From contig JAUQPB010000001.1 in NCBI GenBank assembly GCA_030550585.1, forward strand, positions 416,001 through 480,000: 64,000 nucleotides of DNA, in the 5' to 3' direction. The number at the start of each line of letters is the position of its first letter. Position 1 is the stretch's first letter. The position numbers were made by a program, and so were the translations under genes. Below, one piece after another: positions 39,239-48,127 of this stretch. The notes beneath the pieces are model-generated. The model had not been told where the DNA came from. It made no database searches and was given only the letters and a program-made list of their open reading frames with translations. Source of the stretch: Thermoproteota archaeon. Its GTDB lineage: Archaea; Thermoproteota; Thermoprotei_A; Sulfolobales; Ignisphaeraceae.

Positions 39239-39567
39239 TGTTCTCCACAGGAACTCAAGGGGTCGGTAATACCATATCTCAACTTAAAAACCTTGATTAT
39301 ATTGCAATGTGTTGAGAGAAGGCCCCCTATACTTCATATGCAAGGTTCCTAATTACTGCTACTTTATCTCTGTGTTTATATTCTATTAAAATATAGTTTG
39401 TATAATGAATGCTTCTCAAAATATAGATTATACAAAATATTCATGTTCTTCAAATACTTGTAGCAGTAGAGTGCGTCTTGATTTAACTCATTTTTACTTG
39501 CTGCAAAAGAAGTTTAGGGGTCTCTGGCAAGTGGGAAAACAGTGTTCTCTACAGGAACTGCAGGGGT
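39239..39567. repeat. Imperfect 25-bp direct repeat (39239-39263 and 39543-39567)
   Basis: tgttctccacaggaactcaaggggt vs tgttctctacaggaactgcaggggt, 22/25 identical. Confidence 0.6.
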
Positions 39568-40964
39568 TCAATAATTTTCGCGACGTCTTTGATTTGAATT
39601 GGCGAAGCTTGTTCAAAATAGAGCTTACGCTCCTTGCCATATCTTTCAATTGGTTTAATCAAGTGTTTTTGGGCGTGTGGTGGCGGCAGATAGATCTTCT
39701 CCTCTATTTGTCTTGGAGTATCTAAGCATATGAGCTTTGGGTTTAGCTGTATAAAGCCACATTTCTCGCATTCGTATCCTTTTCCAAACCCCTTTTTCGT
39801 CATTTTGGAGCCGCATATAGGGCATCTAGGGGCTTTGCATAAGTAGGATTTTGTCTGTTTTAGTATAGAGATTTTTTCTACATGCAAAACTGTTTCATTT
39901 CCCCACTTCTTCACATGTCCCTGTATCTCCACATAGTCTCCAATATTCAAATGCCTGGCAACTCTATTCAAATGCGAGGGCTTGAAAAAAGCTAGTAAAA
40001 CCTCACCTGTAGCATCAAAAGCTTTCAGAACTATTACACCGCCTTTCATTGAATGTGGCTCAGAGGCTATAACAACTCTTGCTCTACCTGTTCTAAATGG
40101 TTTTAATTCAGAAACGTTTCTATGGACGGCATGTGCATCTGTTGCCTGATTGCTTCTAAATATTGTCCAAGCTACTACAGGTTCGCATGTCTTTATAATA
40201 TTTAAAGCCTTCTTCAGGACATCGGGGCTCTCCCCTCTAACTCCATATAGGATAGGGTCGAACCCCCTTGGTATTATCAAAGCCCTTTCCTCTTCATAGT
40301 CATAGTTGTTAAATGTTATCCCCTTTGTCATAGAATCAAACAGCTTTACACTATTCTCATCAACGCATCTTGGCGTTGCATACAGTCTCTTAGATCTATA
40401 CGTCAATAGCTCGTATGTGTAGTCGCTTTCGTTGGCACCCCACGCTACTGCTGCTAAAGCACCTACAATGCCTCGCCCGCTAAACCTCTGAGAAAATACT
40501 ATACCCAACTTCTCAAGTTTCTTTCTCAAATAGTCGTCGAGTATAACAACATCTGTAAGGGCCTTCTCATAAAACCACCTCAAACCATGTATCAAGCCGT
40601 GTGGCACTATTGCAAGTCCTGGTTCAAAATCTGGTGTAACAGAGTCGAATTCTTTAATGATCCTATCAACATATTTGTCAACGATGTTCTCTACAGTTTC
40701 TAAGACTGTGTAGCTATTCTCAAGCGTTTTCTGGTTGTCGCAAGGAATGCAGAACCTTATTGCTACTGCTCCATTGCCCCTAGTTTTCCATGGTATCGAA
40801 GGGTTTAGTCTAACTAGATTAGGGTAGTCGAGTAGGGCTATACCATCAAACTTTTCTTGCAGTTTGTTTAGAATATATGTTGCCAGATGGGTTGTGCAAC
40901 CATATTTAAGCAAGTCAAAATCGTCTAGACCTAGGTGCCAGCAACAAATATTCTCATGGTACAT
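39549..40964 (-). CDS. tiaS: tRNA(Ile2) agmatinylcytidine synthase TiaS
   Basis: GLDDFD..GCTT, LVRLNPSIPWKTRGNG, DPILYGVRG, NQATDAH, C-terminal Zn ribbon. Confidence 0.95.
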   Translation of the reverse strand: MYHENICCWHLGLDDFDLLKYGCTTHLATYILNKLQEKFDGIALLDYPNLVRLNPSIPWKTRGNGAVAIRFCIPCDNQKTLENSYTVLETVENIVDKYVDRIIKEFDSVTPDFEPGLAIVPHGLIHGLRWFYEKALTDVVILDDYLRKKLEKLGIVFSQRFSGRGIVGALAAVAWGANESDYTYELLTYRSKRLYATPRCVDENSVKLFDSMTKGITFNNYDYEEERALIIPRGFDPILYGVRGESPDVLKKALNIIKTCEPVVAWTIFRSNQATDAHAVHRNVSELKPFRTGRARVVIASEPHSMKGGVIVLKAFDATGEVLLAFFKPSHLNRVARHLNIGDYVEIQGHVKKWGNETVLHVEKISILKQTKSYLCKAPRCPICGSKMTKKGFGKGYECEKCGFIQLNPKLICLDTPRQIEEKIYLPPPHAQKHLIKPIERYGKERKLYFEQASPIQIKDVAKIIEPLQFL

Positions 40965-40982
40965 TCAATCATCGTTACACAA

Positions 40983-41252
40983 TCATCTTTCGCTACTCGA
41001 ATTGGCTTTTGTAGACACTACAATCATTGTTATAGTTGACCTCACTTTTGGAAGCTTTCTAATCTTTGATGAGACTATATCCTTTAGCTTCTCAATGCTT
41101 TCTGCTTCTATCTTTGCATAGAGATCATATATCCCATAGACTATATAAGCCTCTTTCACACCGTCTATGCTTTTTACCTGTGCCAAAACTTCATCCTCTG
41201 CGCCAACATCGGTATTTATCAGCACTAGCGCTTCTGGCATAACGCAAATCAC
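40983..41252 (-). CDS. Stand-alone Lrp/AsnC ligand-binding (RAM) domain protein
   Basis: ALVLINTDVG...EAYIVYGIYDLYAKIEA...VRSTITMIV. Confidence 0.9.
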   Translation of the reverse strand: MICVMPEALVLINTDVGAEDEVLAQVKSIDGVKEAYIVYGIYDLYAKIEAESIEKLKDIVSSKIRKLPKVRSTITMIVVSTKANSSSER

Positions 41253-41369
41253 AGTAGTATAAGGGTTTCATGTGTTAGGTATATAAGTTTTATGAGTATT
41301 ATGTAATACTGTGGCTTAGAAATTATTGAGAATTGGATCATGTACAGCAGATAATAATGGGTCGCATAA

Positions 41370-41948
41370 ATGGGTCAGACAATAAGGATATTCATATACT
41401 CAAAGCATGAGGATGACCCGAATCTGTGTACAGCGGAGAGGCTTGTGAGGCGCGGGCTGGCCAAAAGGATTAGAAGACTTATCGAAATACCTGAGTGCTC
41501 TATTGTGCTAAACCCTTTTGCAAACACATATATCAAGTCATCTGATAGGGTATATGTGCAAACGTGTGGCATTGTTGCAGTAGATGTTTCTTGGAAAAGA
41601 GGTGTAGACATTCTGAAAAAGATTAGAAGGGGTAACCAAAGAGCTTTGCCAATCCTGATAGCCGCTAACAGCATCAACTATGGAAAGCCCTTTAAACTAA
41701 GCACGGCAGAGGCTTTGATAGCCGCTTTAATCATAACAGGATTCGATGAGGAAGCTCTGGAAATAGCCTCGCTATTCAAATGGGGACAACACTTTATATC
41801 GCTAAACAGAGAGCGGATAGAGAAGTATTTGCAGGCTCAGTCAGATGAAGAGCTAGAACAGATGCAGCGCACGCTATTCAAAATAGATGCACCTCCAAAT
41901 ACTAGGATTCTAGATCTTCTGCACAGGTACGTGTTAGAGGTATCCTAA
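41370..41948 (+). CDS. tsr3: 16S rRNA aminocarboxypropyltransferase Tsr3
   Basis: DDPNLCTA, DVSW, RALPILIAANSINYGKPFKLSTAEA, FKWG..F..LN. Confidence 0.93.
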   Translation: MGQTIRIFIYSKHEDDPNLCTAERLVRRGLAKRIRRLIEIPECSIVLNPFANTYIKSSDRVYVQTCGIVAVDVSWKRGVDILKKIRRGNQRALPILIAANSINYGKPFKLSTAEALIAALIITGFDEEALEIASLFKWGQHFISLNRERIEKYLQAQSDEELEQMQRTLFKIDAPPNTRILDLLHRYVLEVS

Positions 41949-42038
41949 ACCGCATTAAGCAACACAGCTTTCTCTCCTCAGTTGCAAACCAGGAAAAACG
42001 CTTAATACTGCACTCTAAAAGAAAGTAAGAAAGTGTAG

Positions 42039-42112
42039 GGGCCCGTCGTCTAGTCTGGTAGGACGCCGCCCTCACAAGGCGGAGGTCCGGGGTTCAAATC
42101 CCCGCGGGCCCA
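42039..42112 (+). tRNA. tRNA-Val(CAC)
   Basis: GGGCCCG acceptor, CCGCC-CTCACAA-GGCGG arm. Confidence 0.97.
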
Positions 42113-42202
42113 CTAAAAGCCGTGTTGACTTCTAAAATCATCTCTAATGTTATTGTGGCCTGTTCTTATATTTTTGCTATGGTATGAGTAGTATTATTAG
42201 CG

Positions 42203-42898
42203 GTGTTTGCTGTGGATATATGTGACAGGCTACATAGATACATTGCAAACTTTAAAGAAAGTTTGAAGACTCTTAAAGTAATTGGCTCTGGTGCTGAAAA
42301 GTTGTTGGATAATGCTATGAGGTATTATAACGATGCTAGATACTATTTTGAGAAAGGCGATTGTGTAACAGGTCTTGTGGCAATATCTTATGCTGAGGGT
42401 ATTCTAGATGCCTTGAGAGAGCTCGGGTTTATTGAATGGCTGTGGACTAAGGCTAAGGAGACGAAGGTTTTGGCTGCAGGCTCTTTCGATATTATTCATC
42501 CTGGCCATATAGAGTTTCTCAAATGGGCTTCTACACTTGGCGATAAGCTCTATGTTGTTATCTCAAGAGACTCTAACTACAAAAGGGCTAGGGGATATGA
42601 TCCAATATTTGCTGATGTTGATAGGGCTTTCATTGTCAATTCTATTCGCTATGTCTACAAAGCTTTTATCGGTTCTGAAGACGATTTCCTAAAGCCTGTT
42701 GAGGATGTCAAACCTGATTTAATTGCCTTGGGACCAGACCAAATAGATGTTAACTATCTGGAGAGGCTATTGAAAGACAGGGGGCTGAACCCTAAAATCG
42801 TTAAACTTGATGGTAGAGTGAGAGGATTCTCTTCTTCCAATGTGAAGGATAAGGTATGTAGAGTGTGGTGCAAAGAGGTGTCCAAAAATAGTGTTTAG
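42203..42898 (+). CDS. DUF357 domain fused to FAD synthase RibL-like cytidyltransferase
   Basis: N-terminal YYNDARYYFEKGD..TGL..ISYAEGILDAL; C-terminal AGSFDIIHPGH, KPDLIALGPDQ. Confidence 0.85.
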   Translation: MFAVDICDRLHRYIANFKESLKTLKVIGSGAEKLLDNAMRYYNDARYYFEKGDCVTGLVAISYAEGILDALRELGFIEWLWTKAKETKVLAAGSFDIIHPGHIEFLKWASTLGDKLYVVISRDSNYKRARGYDPIFADVDRAFIVNSIRYVYKAFIGSEDDFLKPVEDVKPDLIALGPDQIDVNYLERLLKDRGLNPKIVKLDGRVRGFSSSNVKDKVCRVWCKEVSKNSV

Positions 42899-42902
42899 CT
42901 TT

Positions 42903-44834
42903 CTACATGTTGTAGGCAAGTGTGTATGAGTCTAGGATGTTTGGTGTGACAACTGCTATATCTCCTAGTCCAAGGAACTTTCTTCTCTTTTCAATCTCGT
43001 TAGCAAGACTTGCCACAGCATTTTTCTCTCCATGCACTAAAACAATTTTTGTTGGCTTTGGCTGCACATGCCTGAGGTAGTCGAGGAGCTGGTGCCTATC
43101 TGAGTGTCCTGAGAAGCCATCTATAGTATATACCTGCATCTTCACCCTCAGTATCTCTACCTTTCCCTTCTCATTCACAAACGCTATTTCTCTAGCACCA
43201 TCTCTTATTCTCCTGCCGAGAGTGCCCTCAACCTGGTAGTTAACAAAGATCATGCTGTTATTTGGATTTGGGGCCATGAGCTTGAAATACTCTACAGCAG
43301 GCCCACCTGTAAGCATTCCAGAAGACGCTATTATTATTGCTGGCTGTGGAGACTCTACAATCTCTGTTCTAGGCTCTCTACCCTCTAGCCTAACAAACGT
43401 CTCGTAATCGAATGGGTTTTCACCGTTTCTAAGCCTTCTTCCAAGATCTTTTGATAAGAGGTCTGGGTAGGCAGTATGTATTGCTGTGACCTCGTGTATC
43501 ATACCCTCTATGTAAACAGGTATCTTCGGTATCCTCCCCTGTTTCATGGCATCTGCCAGAATAACCATTATCTCTTGTGCTCTGCCAACGCTTAGAGTTG
43601 GTATTAGGACTTTGCCACCCTTGTTATAGGTTTCAAGAACTATTTTCAGCAGCTCGTTTTCAGCCTCTTCTCTCTTCGGCTGGTCAGTTGCTCCATAGGT
43701 GCTCTCCATTATTATTGTGTCAACACGTGGAAATTCATAGTCTGCTCTGTCTAGGAGCCTTGTCCTACCAAATTTCAGGTCTCCTGTGTAGACAATGTTG
43801 TGGAATCCGTTGCCTATGTGCAGATGCACTATCGCCGAGCCTAGTATGTGTCCCGCGTTATAGAGTGTGAGTCTTATGTCTGGAGCTATATCTGTTACAA
43901 CATTGTATTTGAGGGTTACTGTATGTAGAAGCATTTTCTCCACATCTCTCAGGCTAAATGGTGGTTCCACACCCTCTCTCTCTGTTATCTCTAGAAAGTC
44001 TTTGAGTAGAAGTGTTGTCAGATCCCTTGTCGCTTCCGTCATGTACACAGCTCCTTTGAATCCATATTTGAATAGATATGGTACAAGGCCAGCGTGGTCT
44101 AGGTGAGCGTGGGTCACTATAACGGCGTCTATATCGCTTGGGTCAATTCCTATGAGATCTATTCTTGGGAATGCATTTGGTGAGAGCCCTCTCCCAGGGT
44201 TTAGCCCAAAATCTAGCAGGATCTTGCTTTCAGCAGTCTCTACAAGTATGGCAGATCTTCCAACCTCTTGTGCTGCTCCAAGAAATGTTAGCCTCACATA
44301 GTTGTTCCCATTTTTTGCCAGTAGAACATCTCTGTGTATAGCCTCTCCCAGTTCTCTCAAAAACTTTAGCCTATAGCCACTCTCGGCTAGGTAACCCCTC
44401 ATAATCTCCTCGTAGATTCTAGACCTCATTGGAGGGGATCTAATTATCTTTGGTCTCCAGCCTGTGTGGACAAGAATTTGATTTGCTTTTTCCTCAACAA
44501 CCTGTGGGTTTCTAGCCTTTATAACAACCTCCCCGAGAACATCATCAAGCTCAACGCTCTCTATACCGGCTTCTGCTGGGACAACACTCTTTATATATTC
44601 TATAACATCTTTCTGAGGCTTTCTAATAGACGGGTCTGTTCTAATAACAATTCTCTTCTTTATTAGCTTAGCAATCTGCGAAACAATCTCTCCTTGCTCC
44701 AACAGAAACTGAGGATTCTTAACATAGACAGCTATTTCAGGCCCTTCAAACTCTAGCCTTGTCAGCTGTGCTGTTGGTGGCATCATCTTAAATATTACTG
44801 ATCTTATGTAGGAAAGGTCTATGTTAAAGCTCAT
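42903..44834 (-). CDS. fttA: Beta-CASP ribonuclease aCPSF1 / transcription termination factor FttA
   Basis: N-terminal KH domains, THAHLDH, AGHILGS, GFSGHSD. Confidence 0.96.
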   Translation of the reverse strand: MSFNIDLSYIRSVIFKMMPPTAQLTRLEFEGPEIAVYVKNPQFLLEQGEIVSQIAKLIKKRIVIRTDPSIRKPQKDVIEYIKSVVPAEAGIESVELDDVLGEVVIKARNPQVVEEKANQILVHTGWRPKIIRSPPMRSRIYEEIMRGYLAESGYRLKFLRELGEAIHRDVLLAKNGNNYVRLTFLGAAQEVGRSAILVETAESKILLDFGLNPGRGLSPNAFPRIDLIGIDPSDIDAVIVTHAHLDHAGLVPYLFKYGFKGAVYMTEATRDLTTLLLKDFLEITEREGVEPPFSLRDVEKMLLHTVTLKYNVVTDIAPDIRLTLYNAGHILGSAIVHLHIGNGFHNIVYTGDLKFGRTRLLDRADYEFPRVDTIIMESTYGATDQPKREEAENELLKIVLETYNKGGKVLIPTLSVGRAQEIMVILADAMKQGRIPKIPVYIEGMIHEVTAIHTAYPDLLSKDLGRRLRNGENPFDYETFVRLEGREPRTEIVESPQPAIIIASSGMLTGGPAVEYFKLMAPNPNNSMIFVNYQVEGTLGRRIRDGAREIAFVNEKGKVEILRVKMQVYTIDGFSGHSDRHQLLDYLRHVQPKPTKIVLVHGEKNAVASLANEIEKRRKFLGLGDIAVVTPNILDSYTLAYNM

Positions 44835-45544
44835 GACATTGATCTACCGAGTAACTTTCTAATATCATCTACAGTATATGTTATCTCCCTGTAGAAGTCC
44901 CTGCCTATGACAACAACATCAACGCCAATACCACCTGTAAAAACATCTCTTGCAATAGCTGTTGCAACAGCTTTGACAGCTAGCTTTATTGAGTTCTCCA
45001 AATCTAAATCAGGGCTGTACTCAGCCTCTATAATCCCAATAGCCGTTGGGGATCCTGATCCCGTGGCTGTGAACTTCTCTTCTGTAACATCTCCATAGGG
45101 TTCTATGCCAAATATTTTAGGTCCTTCGTAGTAGTCGTATCCCCCTAGAATGAGCTGTACAATAAATGGAAAGTACTTGTACTCATTTAGTATTAAGCCT
45201 AGTAGAGACGCCATGCTCTTGAGGGGCATCGGCCTATTATTAAGTATTTGGTAGTATGTCGCCTCAGCCCTTATATAATCTGCTAGAGCTTGGGCATCTG
45301 CAACAAGCCCTGCGACAGTCATGGCAACCCTGTCATTGATTCTAACAATCTTCCTAACATTCTTGTGTGCAACATATATCCCTGCAGTAGCCTTCTTATC
45401 AGATGCAAGCACAACATAATCTTTGAACGCTATGCCAACAGTTGTTGTGCCTTTGTACACCTTCTCTATAATCTCCTCCAGCATTTTACTGTTTCGATAT
45501 TGGCTTCTCAGATCATTATAATACATTTTCAAAACCCTTTCCAC
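44831..45544 (-). CDS. psmB: Proteasome subunit beta
   Basis: KG-TTTVG autocleavage site, GLVADAQ, ATGSGS. Confidence 0.96.
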   Translation of the reverse strand: MERVLKMYYNDLRSQYRNSKMLEEIIEKVYKGTTTVGIAFKDYVVLASDKKATAGIYVAHKNVRKIVRINDRVAMTVAGLVADAQALADYIRAEATYYQILNNRPMPLKSMASLLGLILNEYKYFPFIVQLILGGYDYYEGPKIFGIEPYGDVTEEKFTATGSGSPTAIGIIEAEYSPDLDLENSIKLAVKAVATAIARDVFTGGIGVDVVVIGRDFYREITYTVDDIRKLLGRSMS

Positions 45545-45624
45545 TTAGAAAGGTTTTTAGCAAACAGTTGTACAGCATTTTTCTTATTGAAAAGCTTAAT
45601 AAGTTTCTATGCGCTCAAAAGATC

Positions 45625-46695
45625 TTGGTGTTTCCTCTGTCGAATCTGCATGAGATATCACTGCCCAAGAAGTTTGTCATTGGCGTCGATGTTATTGAGA
45701 AAGCCTCTGAGTATATACTGGCCGTAATCCCCTGTTCAAAGGCTTTGATTGTTACCGGCTCTGGAGACACCCTCAAATATGCTCGCATTGTTTCTGATGA
45801 TCTTAGAGAGGCTGGTGTAGAGACGTGGATAATATCTGTAAAGTCGTCTACTATGGAGGAGGTTGATAGGGTGGTTAAAGTGGCTCAGGAAACTGGGGCA
45901 GAGGCTTTCATTGGCGTGGGTGGTGGAAAGGCTATTGACGTGGCTAAATACGCTTCGCATATGGTTGAAAAACCTTTTGTCAGCGTTCCAACAGCTCCCT
46001 CGCACGATGGGATAGCATCTCCATTTGCATCTATAAAAAACTCTGGCAGGGTCACCTCTGTAAAGGCGTCTACACCAGTTCTTGTAATAGCCGATGTCTC
46101 AGTAATGGCGAAGGCCCCTAGAAGAAACATTATTGCTGGCTGTGGAGACCTTATCGGAAAGTTTTCAGCTGTTTTGGATTGGAGGCTTGCCCACAGGCTG
46201 AAGGGGGAGTACTACGGCGATTACGCAGCATCTCTATCCCTTCTATCAGCAAAACACATCGTGAAATACAGCGAGATGTTTAGCGCTAGGCAGATACCGT
46301 TAGAGGCTGTGAGGGTTCTTGTAGAGGCTCTGATAAGCAGCGGCATTGCAATGGCTATAGCAGGCTCCACCAGACCTGCTAGCGGTTCTGAGCATCTCAT
46401 AGCCCATGCCATAGATGTTGTAGCCAATTTCCCAGCCCTTCACGGTGAGGAAGTGGGTATTGGGAGTCTGATAGCATTATATCTCCATGGAAAGAACTGG
46501 AGAAGTATTAGGAGGATACTAAGCGAGATGGGGGCGCCAACGAAAATATCGCAGATAAATGTCTCTAGAGAACAGATGGTGAAGGCACTCACAATAGCCC
46601 ATACAATTAGGCCTGAGAGGTATACTATATTAGGTGAAAAAGGGTTTAGCGAAGAGGCTGCAGAGAGAATAATAGATGTGTTAGAGCTTGACTAG
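45625..46695 (+). CDS. egsA: sn-Glycerol-1-phosphate dehydrogenase
   Basis: GVGGGKAIDVAK, PTAPSHDGIASP, RPASGSEH, LHGEEVG; start approximate. Confidence 0.95.
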   Translation: MVFPLSNLHEISLPKKFVIGVDVIEKASEYILAVIPCSKALIVTGSGDTLKYARIVSDDLREAGVETWIISVKSSTMEEVDRVVKVAQETGAEAFIGVGGGKAIDVAKYASHMVEKPFVSVPTAPSHDGIASPFASIKNSGRVTSVKASTPVLVIADVSVMAKAPRRNIIAGCGDLIGKFSAVLDWRLAHRLKGEYYGDYAASLSLLSAKHIVKYSEMFSARQIPLEAVRVLVEALISSGIAMAIAGSTRPASGSEHLIAHAIDVVANFPALHGEEVGIGSLIALYLHGKNWRSIRRILSEMGAPTKISQINVSREQMVKALTIAHTIRPERYTILGEKGFSEEAAERIIDVLELD

Positions 46696-46714
46696 CACAA
46701 AAGGTTTTTGAACA

Positions 46715-47455
46715 TTATTCAGCTTTTTGGCTCTGGGCTACTGCTTCAGCGGACCTCTCAAATCTCTCCACATAGACAACAGTATTATATTTCCCTATGA
46801 ATCTATATATCTCCTCAGCAACAATAGCTTTAACCAGTTGCAGGTCCCTGTCAAGCAGTATCTCCTTTGGAATTTCTATAGTAACACTATTGCTGTTCTG
46901 GTCTATAGACACATTGAATCTTTCTACTGGCACCCTCCTATACCTTCTATGAAGCAAATGCTTTATCTTCTCAGCATCGTCTTCTACAACCTTAACTATC
47001 TTGTATGTGCACAAAAGGGTTTTCCCCGCCAGCGGATGGTTAAAGTCTATGAGTACCCTACCACCTGTAACAGCCTTTACAATCCCTATCTGTCCATTCA
47101 ACTCAACTGTTTTTCCAACCTCTGGAACGATGTTGTTCTTTAGCAGCTCTCTCATACCAACAATCTTAACTTTTGAGGGGTCTCTAACACCATAAGCCTT
47201 CTCGGGTGGAACCTCCACTTGTAGCTCTTTCCCAACCTCTCCAAAGTTTTCTATGTGCTCCTCAAGCCCTTGTATAATCCTGTTCTCACCAACTATAACA
47301 AGCAGAGGTTCATAGATTCTATCAGCCTCATACCTATTCTCCTTCTTAGCAATTTCCTCAATTGTTGTCTCAATAAGCTCTCCTGTCTCCTTAGCCCTTA
47401 TCACATAGTCTACCAAAATGAAGCTGTTTTTGGGTATAGCCATGTGGTTTAGCAC
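46715..47455 (-). CDS. FKBP-type peptidyl-prolyl isomerase (long archaeal type)
   Basis: VPPEKAYG, DFNHPLAGKTL. Confidence 0.95.
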   Translation of the reverse strand: MLNHMAIPKNSFILVDYVIRAKETGELIETTIEEIAKKENRYEADRIYEPLLVIVGENRIIQGLEEHIENFGEVGKELQVEVPPEKAYGVRDPSKVKIVGMRELLKNNIVPEVGKTVELNGQIGIVKAVTGGRVLIDFNHPLAGKTLLCTYKIVKVVEDDAEKIKHLLHRRYRRVPVERFNVSIDQNSNSVTIEIPKEILLDRDLQLVKAIVAEEIYRFIGKYNTVVYVERFERSAEAVAQSQKAE

Positions 47456-47513
47456 CCTCGGCTAGTCTAAGCCTTTTTAACGAAAAGGTAAAAAAGCTGT
47501 TATCAAACACGCT

Positions 47514-48107
47514 ATGCGAAGGTGTTCACCATTGCTGGAGGTAGAGGTAAAGCTTAGGGTGGGTAACCTAGAAGAGATAGAGAAGAGGCTACTCGATCTC
47601 GGGGCAAAGCTTATCGATATAGTCAACGAAACTGACTACTATGTTGATCTGAGGCCATGCATAGATTTGAGGTCTAAGGACATGGCCTTGAGAATCAGAG
47701 AGTCGATGAGTCTTCTAAGCAATTCTAGAAGATGTGAGCTCACCTTCAAGGGCAGCAGGATAGGTGGCTATCCAAAGGCTAGAAAAGAGATTGTTGTTGA
47801 GGTAGATAGTGCTGAAAAGCTTCTAGAGATATTCAAGGACCTCGGATTCTCAAAGACTTACACAGTCTCTAAAAGCAGAAGGATATACAGACTCGGGAGC
47901 TTCAAGATATTTCTAGACAATGTGAAGGAGCTTGGAAGCTTCATCGAGATAGAGGCCGACAACCCAGAGCCTCAAAGCCTAGATACTCTAGCCAGTGAAA
48001 TGAAGAGGCTTTTATCAGCTATAGGAGTTTTTGGAGAGCCTGAAGAGAAAACCTATTTGGAGATGTTATTAGAGAAAAAGGGTTTGGATCAAAAATATTT
48101 TGATTAA
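47514..48107 (+). CDS. CYTH-domain protein (class IV adenylate cyclase CyaB-like)
   Basis: EVEVK, LRIR, LTFKG, LGSFIEIE, TYLEML. Confidence 0.92.
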   Translation: MRRCSPLLEVEVKLRVGNLEEIEKRLLDLGAKLIDIVNETDYYVDLRPCIDLRSKDMALRIRESMSLLSNSRRCELTFKGSRIGGYPKARKEIVVEVDSAEKLLEIFKDLGFSKTYTVSKSRRIYRLGSFKIFLDNVKELGSFIEIEADNPEPQSLDTLASEMKRLLSAIGVFGEPEEKTYLEMLLEKKGLDQKYFD

Positions 48108-48127
48108 AAATTGTTTTTGCCGTTGGT

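Noticed and set aside
38748-39352. ORFs 38748..38954, 38972..39169 and 39131..39352
   Set aside because: Shadow ORFs over secG and the RNase P RNA.
30056-42112. Near-identical 74-nt sequences at 30059-30132 and 42039-42112 as att sites of a 12-kb element
   Set aside because: They are two complete tRNA-Val isoacceptors (GAC and CAC) in inverted orientation, flanking essential housekeeping genes.
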